From assembly GCA_010909165.1 (NCBI GenBank), contig MU008153.1, positions 186,001 to 250,000 on the forward strand: a DNA stretch of 64,000 bases, given 5' to 3'. The translations under genes and the position numbers were made by a program. Within the stretch, counting starts at the first letter, position 1. Every line of letters begins with the position of its first letter. Positions 12,645-25,807 of this stretch are shown piece by piece. The notes beneath the pieces were generated by a model, which saw only the letters and a program-made list of their open reading frames with translations, was not told where the DNA came from and searched no databases. The stretch comes from Anthoceros angustus. Lineage: Eukaryota; Plantae; Anthocerotophyta.

Positions 12645-15600
12645 TGCTAGAGTGCAGCAGATCCCAACCGTGGACAAGGGTGGGACAGCTCACTAGTTTC
12701 TAACTACTTTTGAGAATGTGCAGCCTCATCATCGTGAGTCTCCAACTTCTTCCACTTGCAATTGCTTGTAGCTTCCCCATCAGTCACTTTGGTTTTCCTG
12801 TTTCAAATCTCGATATCAATCTCTTACTCAGCCTGCAAAATCTTGCCAACTAAACCTGCATCCTTCTCCAATCTTGGTTTTCCTCACTTTAGTGATAGTG
12901 GGAGTCCTTAGGACAGGAACTATAGGCTTCCTTCTTCGCATGAGGTCCTCCGTTGTTATCCTGTGTGAGTCCCCTTTCACTAGCACCAGGCTTGAAGAGT
13001 GGGAGGTAGCATGCACTGGGCATGAGCTCGACATCACAACCACAAGCTGCAGATGGCTACAAGACCAGCTTTTGAGAAGGTTTTGGTATATAAGAATATG
13101 AGTATTGCAACAAGCCCGACATACTACATCGGCGTTACCTTTTATGACATGTTCCCGTTTAAGTAAGCTAGGCGTGAAGTAAAGAGTTCCTAGTACACCA
13201 TGTGTTTTGGGGTACTCATCTCAGACTGTCTTTGACATGTGCAATTTATTCCCTGTTTGGTTCTGCACCGCATGGCTTCAATCGAGTTTCTCTGAATCCT
13301 GTTCGATTGACTACATGTGAACTAAGTGGGAGTAATGGTAAATAGAGGGTGAATCGCAATCGCCCAATAGTTATAGTAGTGGCTCATGTAGTTGTGCAAG
13401 TTAGAACAGTTTCAAGACCTTGTATAAATGTACCATTATGCTGAATGGAAAACACTATGTGCATACACCTCTTTGGTCTCACTCGATCGCTCACTTGCCA
13501 TCTTCACACAATCCTGCTCCCTGCAGATGGAGTCTGGAAACCTTTAACCATGTGGGGACTACATCTCACAAGGGAGGAGCCCTCAATTGTTTAGGCCTCC
13601 TCCTCCTTAGCCATAGCAACACCATATCTCTCCGCCTTGTGCCCTGCCTCACATGCACATGCCACATCCTCACCTATTTGCTCCTCCCTCTCAAGCTTCT
13701 TGAGTCCCCTCACTAGTATCCACCGCCCTCCTCCTTGCTCACTTCATTCTACGAGCCTTCATTTCGTAGGCAATCCACGGGCTTGTGGAGGGGCTTCTCC
13801 ACAAACACAAGCATTAAGGCGCACACTGGGCTGCCAATTCCGATGGCCTCTTGGTGGTCAAAATTTTAAGTTAATCTGATCTTTTTTTTTAAACAACATC
13901 GGTACATCACGGAACACCACTTTGAGACCAATCCTCAATAAGTGGTCACCAAAGAAGACTTACACCCACTACACAGAACTCCTCTTCTTTTTGGATATCT
14001 TGTGCAAGGATCATCGTTTAAAGATCCTTCACAAATAGGACATGGTGTATTTGGCGAGCTCATTCACTTATACATGCTTTATGAAATGTATGCTTGCATA
14101 TTTTAAGCATATAAGTGGATCATCTTCTTTAAGGCCAAAAGACAAATGACTCCTTAACGTAGTGTTTTCGACCCATAGTTCTCCGACTCACTTTTCTTTC
14201 TTTTGCTAGAGTGCAGATCCCAACCGTGGACAAGGGTGGGACAGCTCACTAGTTTCTAACTACTTTGAGAATGTGCGCCTCATCATCGTGAGTCTCCAAC
14301 TTCTTCCACTTGCAATTGCTTGTAGCTTCCCATCACCACTTTGGTTTTCCTCAATCTCGATATCAATCTCTTACTCACGCAAAATCTTGCCAACTAAACC
14401 TGCATCCTTCTCCAATCTTGGTTTTCCTCACTTTAGTGATAGTGGGAGTCCTTAGGACAGGAACTATAGGCTTCCTTCTTCGCATGAGGTCCTCCGTTGT
14501 TATCCTGTGTGAGTCCCCTTTCACTAGCACCAGGCTTGAAGAGTGGGAGGTAGCATGCACCTGGCTGCGAGCTCGACATCACAACCACAACTGCAGTATG
14601 GCTACAAGACCAGGCTTTTGAGAAGGTTTTGGTATATAAGAATATGAGTATTGCAACAAGCAGCCCGAGCTGTACTACATCGGCGTTACCTTTTATGACA
14701 TGTTCCCGTTTAAGTAAGCTAGGCGTGAAGTAAAGAGTTCCTAGTACACCATGTGTTTTGGGGTACTCATCTCAGACTGTCTTTGACATGTGCAATTTAT
14801 TCCCTGTTTGGTTCTGCACCGCATGGCTTCAATCGAGTTTCTCTGAATCCTGTTCGATTGACTACATGTGAACTAAGTGGGAGTAATGGTAAATAGAGGG
14901 TGAATCGCAATCGCCCAATAGTTATAGTAGTGGCTCATGTAGTTGTGCAAGTTAGAACAGTTTCAAGACCTTGTATAAATGTACCATTATGCTGAATGGA
15001 AAACACTATGTGCATACACCTCTTTGGTCTCACTCGATCGCTCACTTGCCATCTTCACACAATCCTGCTCCCTGCAGATGGAGTCTGGAAACCTTTAACC
15101 ATGTGGGGACTACATCTCACAAGGGAGGAGCCCTCAATTGTTTAGGCCTCCTCCTCCTTAGCCATAGCAACACCATATCTCTCCGCCTTGTGCCCTGCCT
15201 CACATGCACATGCCACATCCTCACCTATTTGCTCCTCCCTCTCTGAAGCTTCTTCCGAGTCCCCCTCACTAGTATCCACCGCCCTCCTCCTTGCTCACTT
15301 CATTCTACGAGCCTTCATTTCGTAGGCAATCCACGGGCTTGTGGAGGGGCTTCTCCACAAACACAAGCATTAAGGCGCACACTGGGCTGCCAATTCCGAT
15401 GGCCTCTTGGTGGTCAAAATTTTAAGTTAATCGATCTTTTTTTAAACAACATCGGTACATCACTTTAACACCACTTTGAGACCAATCCTCAATAAGTGGT
15501 CACCAAAGAAGACTTACACCCACTACACAGAACTCCTCTTCTTTTTGGATATCTTGTGCAAGGATCATCGTTTAAAGATCCTTCACAAATAGGACATGGT

Positions 15601-15763
15601 GTATTTGGCGAGCTCATTCACTTATACATGCTTTATGAAATGTATGCTTGCATATTTTAAGCATATAAGTGGATCATCTTCTTTTAAGGCCAAAAGACAA
15701 ATGACTCCTTAACGTAGTGTTTTCGACCCATAGTTCTCCAGCTCACTTTTTCTTTCTTTTGCT
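12645..15763. repeat. Head-to-tail duplication of a ~1.56-kb non-coding or TE-like block
   Basis: tgctagagtgcag...gtggacaagggtgggacagctc starts at 12645 and again at 14204. The copies are collinear to ...ctcacttttctttcttttgc and differ mostly by small indels. Confidence 0.95.
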
Positions 15764-15886
15764 CTCCACCTCACTTTTCTTTGTTTTGCTGCTTTATTAT
15801 TCTTAACACTAAGGACGCAAGCCGCTGTTAGAGCTTGGTAAGACTCTCTTTAGAAAGTAGTATCATGCGTTGTAAATGCATTGTAG

Positions 15887-16002
15887 TCTGACTCCCTGAC
15901 AGGGTACATTTTACGCCTTTCTTCCTTTACAAAAGGTTTAGAAATCTGACTCCCTGACAGGGTACATTTTACGCCTTTCTTCCTTTACAAAAGGTTTAGA
16001 AA
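15887..16002. repeat. Perfect 2x 58-bp tandem repeat
   Basis: tctgactccctgacagggtacattttacgcctttcttcctttacaaaaggtttagaaa at 15887-15944 and 15945-16002. Confidence 0.95.
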
Positions 16003-16099
16003 TGCGCGTCCGTTAACCTTGGGGTGTCTAGTGAGCTTTGGGAGTCTAATAAAGACCTGAATTTATCTTGTCTCTATCCGGCCTTGGCTTTCGTCCCAC

Positions 16100-16575
16100 C
16101 TAGCTTGCTGTCTTGTTGATGGGTAGCGAATTGCCACACATGGCACCCTTCGGGATGTCATGTTCTCAATGGCTAAGGAGAGTAGGTTCTTTCCCTATAG
16201 AGAGCACCCATATACTCTACTCAATGGTATTTCTCTCAGGGCTGATCTGTTTTTGGACTCGGGGGGACCAAGCCTTTATTGCTGATGTGGTTGTAACAAA
16301 CCCTACCCGGGAAAGTGTCTACAAGCATGTTATCCTCAACCCTCTAGGATGGGCGGCAGAGGGATGCGCAACGGTGAAGATCCACAGGTATTCTCCCATG
16401 TACGATGGCCATGCCTTCATCCCCTTGCCACCGAGACTCATGGGGCCATGGGCAAAGATTTCTTCAGGTTCGTCAACGCCTATGCCAATGCTTACTGGTA
16501 GGCCTTTTCATATCCCGAACCACGAAATTCTCGGAGCAGTAGGTAGTTTCAAGATGAGCGATCGTGGGGGCTAGT
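16100..16575 (+). mobile_element. 3-prime fragment of an RLE-type (CRE-like) non-LTR retrotransposon
   Basis: IATHGTLRDV and GDQAFIADVVVTNPTR...KIHRY...GHAFIPL are homologous to the restriction-like endonuclease tail of the element at 24600-25190. Confidence 0.7.
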
Positions 16576-17126
16576 GGCCCTTGGCCTGATGCCCTCATGA
16601 GGGTTATTCCCTTGGGGTAGATGAGATTTCCCATCTCTTTTTTTTATATAAAGTCTCCACATTCTTTCTATTCGGATTCATAAAGTATATTAGTCATTAT
16701 TTATACTATCATAAATCATACTATTATTTTTATATTATAAATTAAATACTATTTTATAATATATCAATCATTAATATAGGTAAATGTATAATGATGTAGA
16801 TATTATATATAGATCAATCTTACAAGATCTGTAATTGAAGAAAATATACCCACCTGTAAGGTAGCCGCTTCACACCCAGGAGCAAGGTGATGGCGCTGTA
16901 TGCATAATTATTCACGTCTTCCACATAACAGTGGTTGATTCACGTCTTCCACATGACTGGAGGAGTGGAGTTAAATCTGCTTTCGTTAGTTCCGGTTAAA
17001 ATACAATTTGCATCCGTTAGCTAATAAGCGATCCCGGCTAGCTACCCAGGCAAGTGGTCCATCATCGTTTTTTGAATGTGACCGTGGTGAGCAGAGGTGG
17101 AGCGCGTGCTTGTCAGCCAGAGCACG

Positions 17127-20100
17127 ATGGAAGGAGGGAGTCCCGGCAACGAAGATCTCTGGCACGAGCTGAGGAATTATATTGCCGTGCTAGCCGCTGG
17201 TGATCAGGTAGGACTGGAAAAAACCACGAGGAGGAGCTCAACACTGTTTTTTGTCCATGGCATTTGCCGGCTTGGTTGCGCAGACGCGAATGAACTTGTT
17301 TGACAGAGAATTAAGATGTGAATGAGCCAGTTTTTTTATCCAGGCTTCCAAGGCCCAAGCTTTGCAGTTGCTGTCAGTGTTCTTCTCGCGTGTCACAGCG
17401 AAAATTGGGAAGTCCGTAAACGGCTCCACACAAGGATTGGAGTCGCTGATTAGCCTGTGGACGGAAGATGTTCTGCTGCTTCATGACTGGCTGCGTCGGG
17501 AGCTGGGAGAGCAGACGGAGTTCCTTGACTTGGTATGTTGTGGAGAAGAGGCAGCGGGAGGTGATTCACCTGAGCTTCAGGGTGTCAGTGAGCGTAGGGT
17601 TTATGATGCGGGGCTGCGGATGTCCAATGTGAATCTGACAGCGGGGACGTTGCGCTGTTGTATACGTATTCTTCCTCTGATTGAGTGCTTCGACACTGGT
17701 CTGAGTGCTGATTGCGCGCTGATGTTGAAGACGCTTCTACAGAAGCTGTGTTCACCTGCCAGGCTTCAGGGAATTTGTGCACGGGCTTTGGCGAATGGAA
17801 GAGTGCATGGGAAGCACCCTCCGTATGTTCGTTCCTTGCTGTATTCCGAGAACATCAGTGTTTTTGAGAGACGGGATGGACGGGAGGATCTGTGGTGCCG
17901 ACGGAGGAGCTGGCAAGAGTGTTCTTCGTTTCAGGAGATAAAGATCAACAGCCACGCTTTTGACATCAATGGGGATTGTTGCCAAAACGCGGGGAATTCA
18001 GAGCTCTTGAATCGTTTGGACAATCATTTGGATGTGATATGTGCCATGCTTGAGGTTGGGGTCATTTCAGAGTGCTTTTGTCCCGTAGGATTGCAATGCT
18101 GGCTGTGTTCCTTTCTTCCAGATGTTATAAATGACTACTGACGTATGCTGTCTTGATATTTCGTATCCCAGGTGTACATGGATGAACTATTAGTAAGTCC
18201 TGATTTACTTGAGGTCTTTCTCGGAGGCCAAGACTATGAAGGAAGCGGTGGATCTGCTTTTGGCAGCCAGATGGAAATAGTGATTGAAGCTTCCTTTCTC
18301 CATGCCCTTCTGTCCTTTCTTCGGAAGAAGGTGGAACCAGTTGGTGCATCTCTTTCAAATGCAGATGACAAGCTCACTCGACTTCCTTGTGTGACATTAC
18401 CTGCCAGTGTTCTATTGTTAGACATCGCCTCTGCGGATGGAGCTCCCAGTTTGTTTCTTACACACATTGCAAACCTTGTGGCTAGATCACTACACAGATG
18501 GCAACCGCTTAGCAGTCCTGTCTCAAGGTCTGATCAGCTGAGAGACAAGGCTCTAAATATCATGGAAACCCAAAAGCAGGGATTGGTTGGTTCCAATGAG
18601 TTATTTCAGTTAATGCATGGTGCTGACCTTGCTAGGGAATCATTGTCTTTTGGAGACACTGATGGTTCATGCAAGCAGAGAAGATTTGAAGACACCTTAT
18701 CTCCCCGCATAAACTTGGGACTGTCTTTGTCAGTACTTGAAACTGCTGTTCAGTTGTTTACCAAGGTCTTCAATTCAGCAGCAATGACAAATCCAACGGA
18801 TTGCTGCAACACTGATGCCCACCGGAGGCCCAGTAGTTTGTTTGCTGCTTGCTTGTACAAGTACAGGGCTTTGGGAAGGGTCCTGAGTACCAATGCAGGT
18901 GTGGCATTTGATCCCGTGTTTTCAAGTTCTGTCGGTATTTTTTCAGACACTAAAGAGTGTGACAGCAGATGCTGTTGGGGAGAGTGTTCGGCTTCCAGTA
19001 TAGAGAAAACTTCTCAGCTGTGCAGCTCGTGTCGAGATCACTTATGGGAGAACCAACATCAAGAAGCTAATCTGTGCTGCAGATTGATGGAATTGCATGA
19101 CGGCGGTAAGCAACAAGAGTATGACGCTGTGGCCAGTCAGCACCTGGGAGAAGATTTTATGCATTTGGATGGCCAGGAGCCTTTTAAAAACTCACAGGAG
19201 TTCTCTTGTGCTGTCCTGCATTTGATCAGCGGTGCCCTGAATCGGATATCAGCTGAGCTGTGCCAGATCAAGCACATCTCTGTAACCAGAAGCCCACCGG
19301 ACATGGAAGTTGCAGAGGAGATTCACAGCATCTCCAATTGCATCTCGGCAGTCTTTCAGCTTTGTCTTCAATGTCTGAAAGTGGATTCTGTTGCAGGACA
19401 AGAATATAATGTGGGCATGTGGGAAGAATCCAAATCATTGCAGTTCAAGGAAACAATCCAGTGCACTTTGAATGTTTTTTCTAAGATCATCCAGTCAGAA
19501 ATTCGACGAGGGGTTGGTGATCAATTATTGAAGGAGTACTTACATGTACAGAGGTCACTGGGAGGTTTCTTACATGAAGGAGTTGGTGAATTAATAGGGA
19601 ACTATTCTTCTCAAACTGAAGCTACCGACAAAGACTGCAGAGATGGCCGCTCACCCATATCAACCACAGCAGACACCGAAACTACAGGAAGCGTCCCATT
19701 GGCGTCAGTGTTCCCTAGGGCATCTACTCTGAAGATTTTTATGAAGCTGAAGCACGGACGGAATCATGGCACTTCAAAACCAGGACAGTGTGGCAGGTGT
19801 GGCTCAAGCATACCCTCTTCCGCCATGGAATTTCCTGGATCTAAATTTGTGAGCTGTCAATCTTTGACGTCTGATGTTTTCGCTTTGCGCAGCACACACT
19901 CAAATAAGAAGAGAACTTTGGAACGCAGCAGTTTGGGTAGCGGCGAGGAGGCACCTTCCAAGCAGTCAAAAGAGATCGAGGGGGTGGGAAATTCTTTTGT
20001 TCAGGCTTGCATTGCAATGGATAAATTCTGCGATGGAGATAGTTTTAATGATATAAACGACTTCGTAGTTTGTAAGGAGGGCCGTGACTACGTTAAATAT

Positions 20101-20217
20101 AAGAAACAACGGCAAAAGGTTCTGAAACGCAACCGAACTCGCAATATTTTGAGAAGGCAGGAAGAAAGGAGGGAGCTAGTTGCACAGTTAGCCCTCATCT
20201 CTGAGATGGAACAGTAG
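17127..20217 (+). CDS. Uncharacterised ~945-aa protein, three exons (17127-17207, 17344-18054, 18172-20217)
   Basis: Canonical GT-AG introns, all phase 0, join three open frames. The C-terminus has an acidic-basic motif DSFNDINDFVVCKEGRDY followed by a K/R-rich helix. I recognise no domain with confidence. Confidence 0.75.
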
Positions 20218-20362
20218 TTGGGATGCACAATGCCAGAATGGGCTTTAGAGCGAAACTCTTCCGGACGTAAAATTTCCTTGCACCGAGCGGGCAGTTTGTA
20301 TACCCACTTCTGTACGTGATCCAATGTTTTGACGCCCATGTTCTCCTCGAACCAAGCTAGAG

Positions 20363-21170
20363 CTATAGCTTTTCAGCATATAAGGTTAGCCCCGTTTTTA
20401 GTGAGTTCAAACTAAACCCGCACTCAACTTGCACGCTGGTCACTCCAAGCTGCGAGATCTGCAAATCGAACAAGGTCTTAAGGCAAAGCCCCAGCTGGAA
20501 ATGTTTCGTGATGGTTTGACCATCAAATTTGTGAGGAGATTTAACACGATTGCGGGTATAGTGCAGACAGATTCATGGGGTCACTTACTTCCTCAACATT
20601 TCTCTGCTCGTCATCGAAGAAAAGGAAAGAGTTGAGCGGGAGTTTGGTCTTCTCAGAGATGGCCATGAAGTGGTCGAGCTTCGAAGGTGCGAGGAACATC
20701 TCCTGCTCCATAGCCACTGATGTTAGGATACAGACCATGGTTTGCGAATAAATGACCTTTTCAGTTTCCAGTCAAGAACAACATCAAGACTTGCACAATC
20801 AGGGACAGCACACCTTCACAACAAAATGTTGACTGATGTTGAGCTTATTGAGGAAAGCACGGGCGGTTTCTGGTGTTGGAGTTCGAGATGCCACTGCCAG
20901 GGGTATCTTGCTAGCTGCGAGGGCATCGAGAAGGCTCAGTACCTGTGGGAACAGAACTGGATTATAGTCCAGACTCCGAAACTGACTGTCGGATCCAACA
21001 GGCAACATCAGTAACAAGACACATGACCAATCAAGACTAAAGTGGCGGAAACGTACATACCAATAGAATGGCCAGATAGTGTGATCCAGATCTAACACTA
21101 CAAGGGATGGAAGGACTGCAGCCTGATGAAGAACCTCGACAGCCCTTCCGATGCACCTTGCTCCATCCAT
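20363..21170 (-). CDS. Magnesium-dependent phosphatase 1 (MDP-1)-like HAD-IIIC phosphatase; exons 21170-21061, 20985-20814, 20702-20589, 20458-20363
   Basis: LVVLDLDHTIWPFYC (HAD motif I), AVASRTP (motif II), FLFFDDEQRN (motif IV) and LGVTSVQV in the last exon; GT-AG introns keep the frame. An in-frame ATG at 21359 could add 63 aa. Confidence 0.88.
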
Positions 21171-22443
21171 TTCAGCCAAAGCCTCCCGAGGACCATTGAG
21201 ACAAGAAGACGTTTCCACACACCGGGCTGCGTGCTTTGGACGACGAATGCTCAGCCTGCATAAATCAGCTCTGTGCCATTTACCGGCTGCAAATGGAAGC
21301 CCTGTTCCATCCAACGAAGTGCGCAGTACGGAGGCCGGTACTGGCAGAGGGCTGGCCATGTCCTGGACGAGAAAATGGGTGCCAAGGGTTCTTGAAAGCC
21401 TTCAAACCCAACAAGCGGAAGTACATTATCACCGGCAGAGAACAGGGGAGCAACAAGTAATCGGAGCTGCCAGAACATATGCGAGAACTCACCAGGCCTG
21501 CAGGTGAAGAGATGAATTGCAAGGCATCACAGACACGCACTGATCAGCTCTTCTGGGTACTGGGAATTCCGGAAGAGGCAGCAGCTTGGGCAATGACAGC
21601 AGAGTAAACGGACAGGGAGAAGACCACACCTCCCTTCGACAATAAGCGCCGACTCCACAAAGCAGAACCGAAGCGGACAGGGTGATGACCAAAGAGGTGA
21701 TTGCTTCCTTTAAGGCACATCATGTGTGCTGACAATGGGACCGGGCAGACAGATGCTTGAGAGCTCGAGACAGGGCAAGGCTTGGAAGACGAGTTCCTGT
21801 TAACCCATTGGGAGCAGTATCGGGAGACTCTGGTACTGTGGTCACGCTGAAAAGATCTGCAGTTGCAGCATTCCTGGCTGGTAAATGTCGTGGCTAAGCC
21901 GCTATACAGTATGTACATTGGCAGGTCTCAGTTGCTACGGAGCCGCCCGGGTCACCGGTTCTGAATTCCAGGTCTTGCTCCTGTTTTCCAAGCGCCGCCC
22001 TGGTACCATATATGCATACTACCTACTACTACATACGTTATATACAAATGGGCCTCAGAATGTGAGCTGGGCATGGAAGACGCGTTTCCTGAATTTTCAA
22101 GCAACCTGGGACTGGACGATTCAGGTTGAGAGTCAGTTTATTATGTCATTCCCTGACTCAGTTTGGGCAGGATTTCAGGTTTAGGTTACCAAAAAGATGT
22201 GGTTATTTGGCTTTCTCGGACGTGGTTGCTGCGCTTTCTCGAACAGAGACCTCTCCAGTTCAGGCCACAGTAAACAAGAACACCACAATTGGCAAAGATT
22301 TGCGCAATGCGTCCTGCTTTCTCGGCAGAAGCACAACAAACATGGCAAATGCGGACAGCAAGCCGGCACTCACATTTGTTCTCCCATGATTCTGTCACAG
22401 CACCTCTACAGACAACAAGGCAAGGCAGTTGCCCATCACTACG

Positions 22444-22680
22444 TCATCCAGACTCGTTCATCAGCGAATGCAGCTGCCTGCCCTTCTTCAAGGCACCGCT
22501 GCTTGAAGCAGCGCAGGCCTTCAGAAGACAAGCAACGAGAACATGGTCAGCCAGAGTCAGCTCCTCCTGCTCCACTTGTCCGCACAGTACAAGTGCCTCA
22601 TGTCCGAGCCCTTGCTTGGACATGAGGTCCAGCTGCCCAGCACTATGGTTTCCCGCAGTCCACTTTCAACAACATGTCCA
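22444..22680 (-). pseudogene. Degenerate PLS-PPR fragment
   Basis: Minus strand reads GHVVESGLRETIVLGS, then after a frame change SKQGLGHEALVLCGQVEQEELTLADHVLVACLLKACAASSSGALKKGRQLHSLMNESG*. This aligns by eye with YTQQGLGQEALALYASMQEEGMAPADHVTFVCLLNACASVGALCNGKQLHAQVRERG of the PPR at 3157. Confidence 0.7.
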
Positions 22681-23359
22681 AAGGTGTTTGCCTTTGATAA
22701 TACGTGAACAATGCGAAGAATGAAGAGCCTAAGCTTAAGAGCAATGAGCTTTGCAATGATCTTGCAACTTCATATGATGGAATTCTATTAATCATAAGAG
22801 CTTCCCTTTCTATCTATCCTCGAAAAAAAATGAAGCACCCTAGCCATTAGGAGATGTCTATGAGCAAGCTAATTCTCCAAGTTGCTACCTAACTGAAGTC
22901 AAACCACCTCAATCTAGTTCGTCATGCACACCGACTACCACGTTGAGCACCGTGGATGAACGCAGTCACGAGCATGCATCGGTGGCAGCAAGCGGTAGGA
23001 TTTGTAACCGGGTTCGGCATATCATATGCACCTATACCATACTTTTGGAAGTGAGTTCTCGGCATGCTTGTGGTCACCATCTCGGAGATTGTGTCTGGTG
23101 TTTGGATAATACTGTATATCAAATGGGTTGTATAGATTGGTGTACTCCCCATGAATTCATCACCAAAATCAGAACTCACAAAATGCCCTGGAAAGATTCC
23201 TTCCATTGCATACATCTTAGCAAACTTTCTTTGTGCATTTGTTGGTAGAAACAATGCTGCTGACATGTGAAGTGATGGAAAACATGTACGCAATGGTTTC
23301 CGCTAGTTATTTTCATGAGGTCTAGAAAATAAAAAAAATATAATATATATATTTTATTT

Positions 23360-25190
23360 TCTGCTGGTGGTATCCTGAAGAGCCTTATACCTTTTACTTG
23401 TGCTTTTATGTGACCTCTTCCCATCTCTACTATCAGCACAAGAACGTCTCTTCGGGATTTGCTGTTTTCGTCTTAGAATCAGCCACAAGTACCAGGCAAG
23501 GCGACCCTCTGGGCAGTGCCCTCTTTGCCATCGCCCACTACAGGGCCCTTTCTAGGGCTGCTTCCTCTGTGCATAGTTAACTGTGTCTTCCCGTCGCTGG
23601 CAGACAACTCTAACATCCTTGGGCCTAGGGACAAGGTGAAGGAGGCCTTCCAGCTCATCTCCTATGAGTCAAGGTCTCTAAGTGCCGCATCTGGTCCCCG
23701 TCGGGTATCCTCCCCACTTTACAATTCCCTATTGGGGAGATTACTCCGGCCTTGGGTCTACGAATTTTGGGGGTCCTATTCGGCTTCTCTGACTTCATTG
23801 GGAGCTTCCTGGACTAGGCTCTCGCGGAGGACCTGTCCTATGTCGAGGACCTCCTCCTGTTGGGGGATGCTCATGTGGCCTTTGGAATTCTTTCCTCCTA
23901 CTTCGCTAGGCACCCTGGTTATCTCATCCGCACTCTCCCCCCGTATCTGGTTCTCATGTCTTGACTTCAGGGGTTTGACAGGAAGATAATGAATACTCTT
24001 GATAACATCATGGGCCAGGGGCTTTCGAGTGCCCTGCGGGCGATTTGGCCCACTAGCAAATATCCATGCCAATTCAGTTTGGGGGCGCTGGCCTTCTCTC
24101 ACTGGAGGTTTCTTCCCCGGCGGCTTTTATAAGCAACTGGCCCTATCAGCTCCTGCTCTAGCCTCTCACTTCATCCTCTAGGATAGGCCTTTCTGGAGGA
24201 TCTTGTGTCTAGCATGGAGGAGGGAACCTTCCCTCTCCAAATTTCCTTGAGGCAAGCTAGGGAAATGCTTTCTACAAATGCACCGTGAGATTTTCCTCCT
24301 TTCTCGAAATCCATCTCCGATGGTACCTGGGGGTTACGGGCGGTATTGCTTGAGAAGTAGCTCGATCAGGCTTTCCAGTTCGTCCTCTTGGACTCCTCCA
24401 TCCCTAGGTCCACAAGAGCTCGGCTTCGCTCTTGTTCTGGTAAGGGCGCAAGCACTTGGCTTCTGGCTGATCCATGTATATGGGGTTTTGTCATCGCACC
24501 AACCACCTTCACCACTGCGATGCGATTCCATCTTAGCCTGCTTCAGCCTATGGCGTCTTTCCTTCTTACCTGCGAGTGCGGCTCTGCCTTCGATGATTCT
24601 GGGGTACACCTTGCTCGTTGTCCCCATGGGGGTCATCACATCGCCACCCACGACGCTACCCGCGATATCATGTTTGCCATAACTCGCGAAAGCGGCTACA
24701 TGGCCTGGAGAGAGCAAGGGTCATTCTTCGAACAGGTCGCTCAATCAGGGCTAACTTGTACTTTGTCCGCGGTGACCAGGCTTTGGTGGCGGACGTGGTG
24801 GTTACTGACCCTGTTCGAGGCACTATCTTCGGTCAGGTTATCACTAACGGTCCTAGTTGGGTTGCTGCCAGTGCTGGGCCTCTCAAGGTTCGAAAGTATA
24901 GCGGGATGCAAGCGGGCCACTTCTTTATTCCGCTCGCACGCGAAACGTATGGGGTAATGGCCACGGACTTCGATCAATTTCTCAAGTCCTGTGCCAAACC
25001 TTATCACGCTCGCAGGCATGGCGGGGTTGTCCCTTTCTTATTTCAGCGAGTTTCCATTGCCCTTCAGAGGGCCCTCTCGACGGCAATCCTTCACAAGGTG
25101 GCGATGGCAAGTGTCGCTTCTTCCTCTTCTTCCGTCATGTGCAGGCCATTTATTCTTCCTGTTCTAGGAGCAATAGGTAATTTTAGATAA
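23360..25190 (+). mobile_element. 5-prime-truncated, degenerate CRE-like non-LTR retrotransposon (RT, zinc finger, restriction-like endonuclease)
   Basis: RT motif TRQGDPLGSALF with LADN at the YxDD position, CECG..FDDSGVHLARC...HIATHD zinc finger, and RLE RANLYF..GDQALVADVVVTDP...KVRKY...FIPLARETYG. Many stops and frameshifts. Confidence 0.85.
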
Positions 25191-25807
25191 GGTATTTCGT
25201 CATTCTTTTTTATCTTGATTGTCCCATATTGGATGGATTTTTCTCCATTATTTTTTCCCTCAATAAAACACCATCCATTTTTTTGAATTACACGCTTTGG
25301 ATAGCTTTGGATAGGTAGGTATTCCCGGAAATGTCTCCGGCAGTCCACTTTGTAGATGAAACACGACCAACCAAAACAAAGAATCCGACGCCTTAGCGGC
25401 CCCCGAAATAGGTAGGTTTTGCTGTTTGGGTAGAGCTATTCCATAGATCCAGGTACGCAATATGTAGGGAGTAAAAGGAGTATAACGTGATTGAAGATCA
25501 GCGTGAATGGGCTGTAAGGGTGTTTAAACCGAGCGGAGAAATAGGGAACGGCCCCGCGCGCCTCGCTTGCAGCCGGTTCCCCCGCCGCGCCTTCTCCCTC
25601 GCAAATTCACGATACTCAAAATTTGAGCGGCAAGCCAAGCGAAGCGACTACGGCTGCCTTGCTCATCACCAGCCTGCACAATGCAAGCCTGGCAATTGCT
25701 CAACCGCAATCTCACAATCTTGATGCAATATCCCGGCAGTTGAGCAACATCCCGCACTCCCCTAATCCACCGCACAGCATCGCGCCTTGAAGAACTCTGC
25801 CAGGAAC

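Larger units (their letters stand above)
5763..12645 (+). mobile_element. Degenerate Ty1/Copia retrotransposon pol region (protease, integrase, RT, RNase H), interrupted by a CACTA insertion
   Basis: Motifs in Copia order: WFLDSGATSH (protease), LWHCRLGHVN, IHSDVCGP, RPDNGGEY (integrase), YKARLVAKG (RT), DADWA..D..RRSV and LCDNQSAIALSRNPVF (RNase H). RNase H resumes after 12493 as SKHIEISFHFIRQ...SDLLTKALP. Several stops and frameshifts; LTRs not identified. Confidence 0.93.

Noticed and set aside
22922-23293. Minus-strand 123-aa ORF as a transposase fragment
   Set aside because: No motif I can match with confidence.
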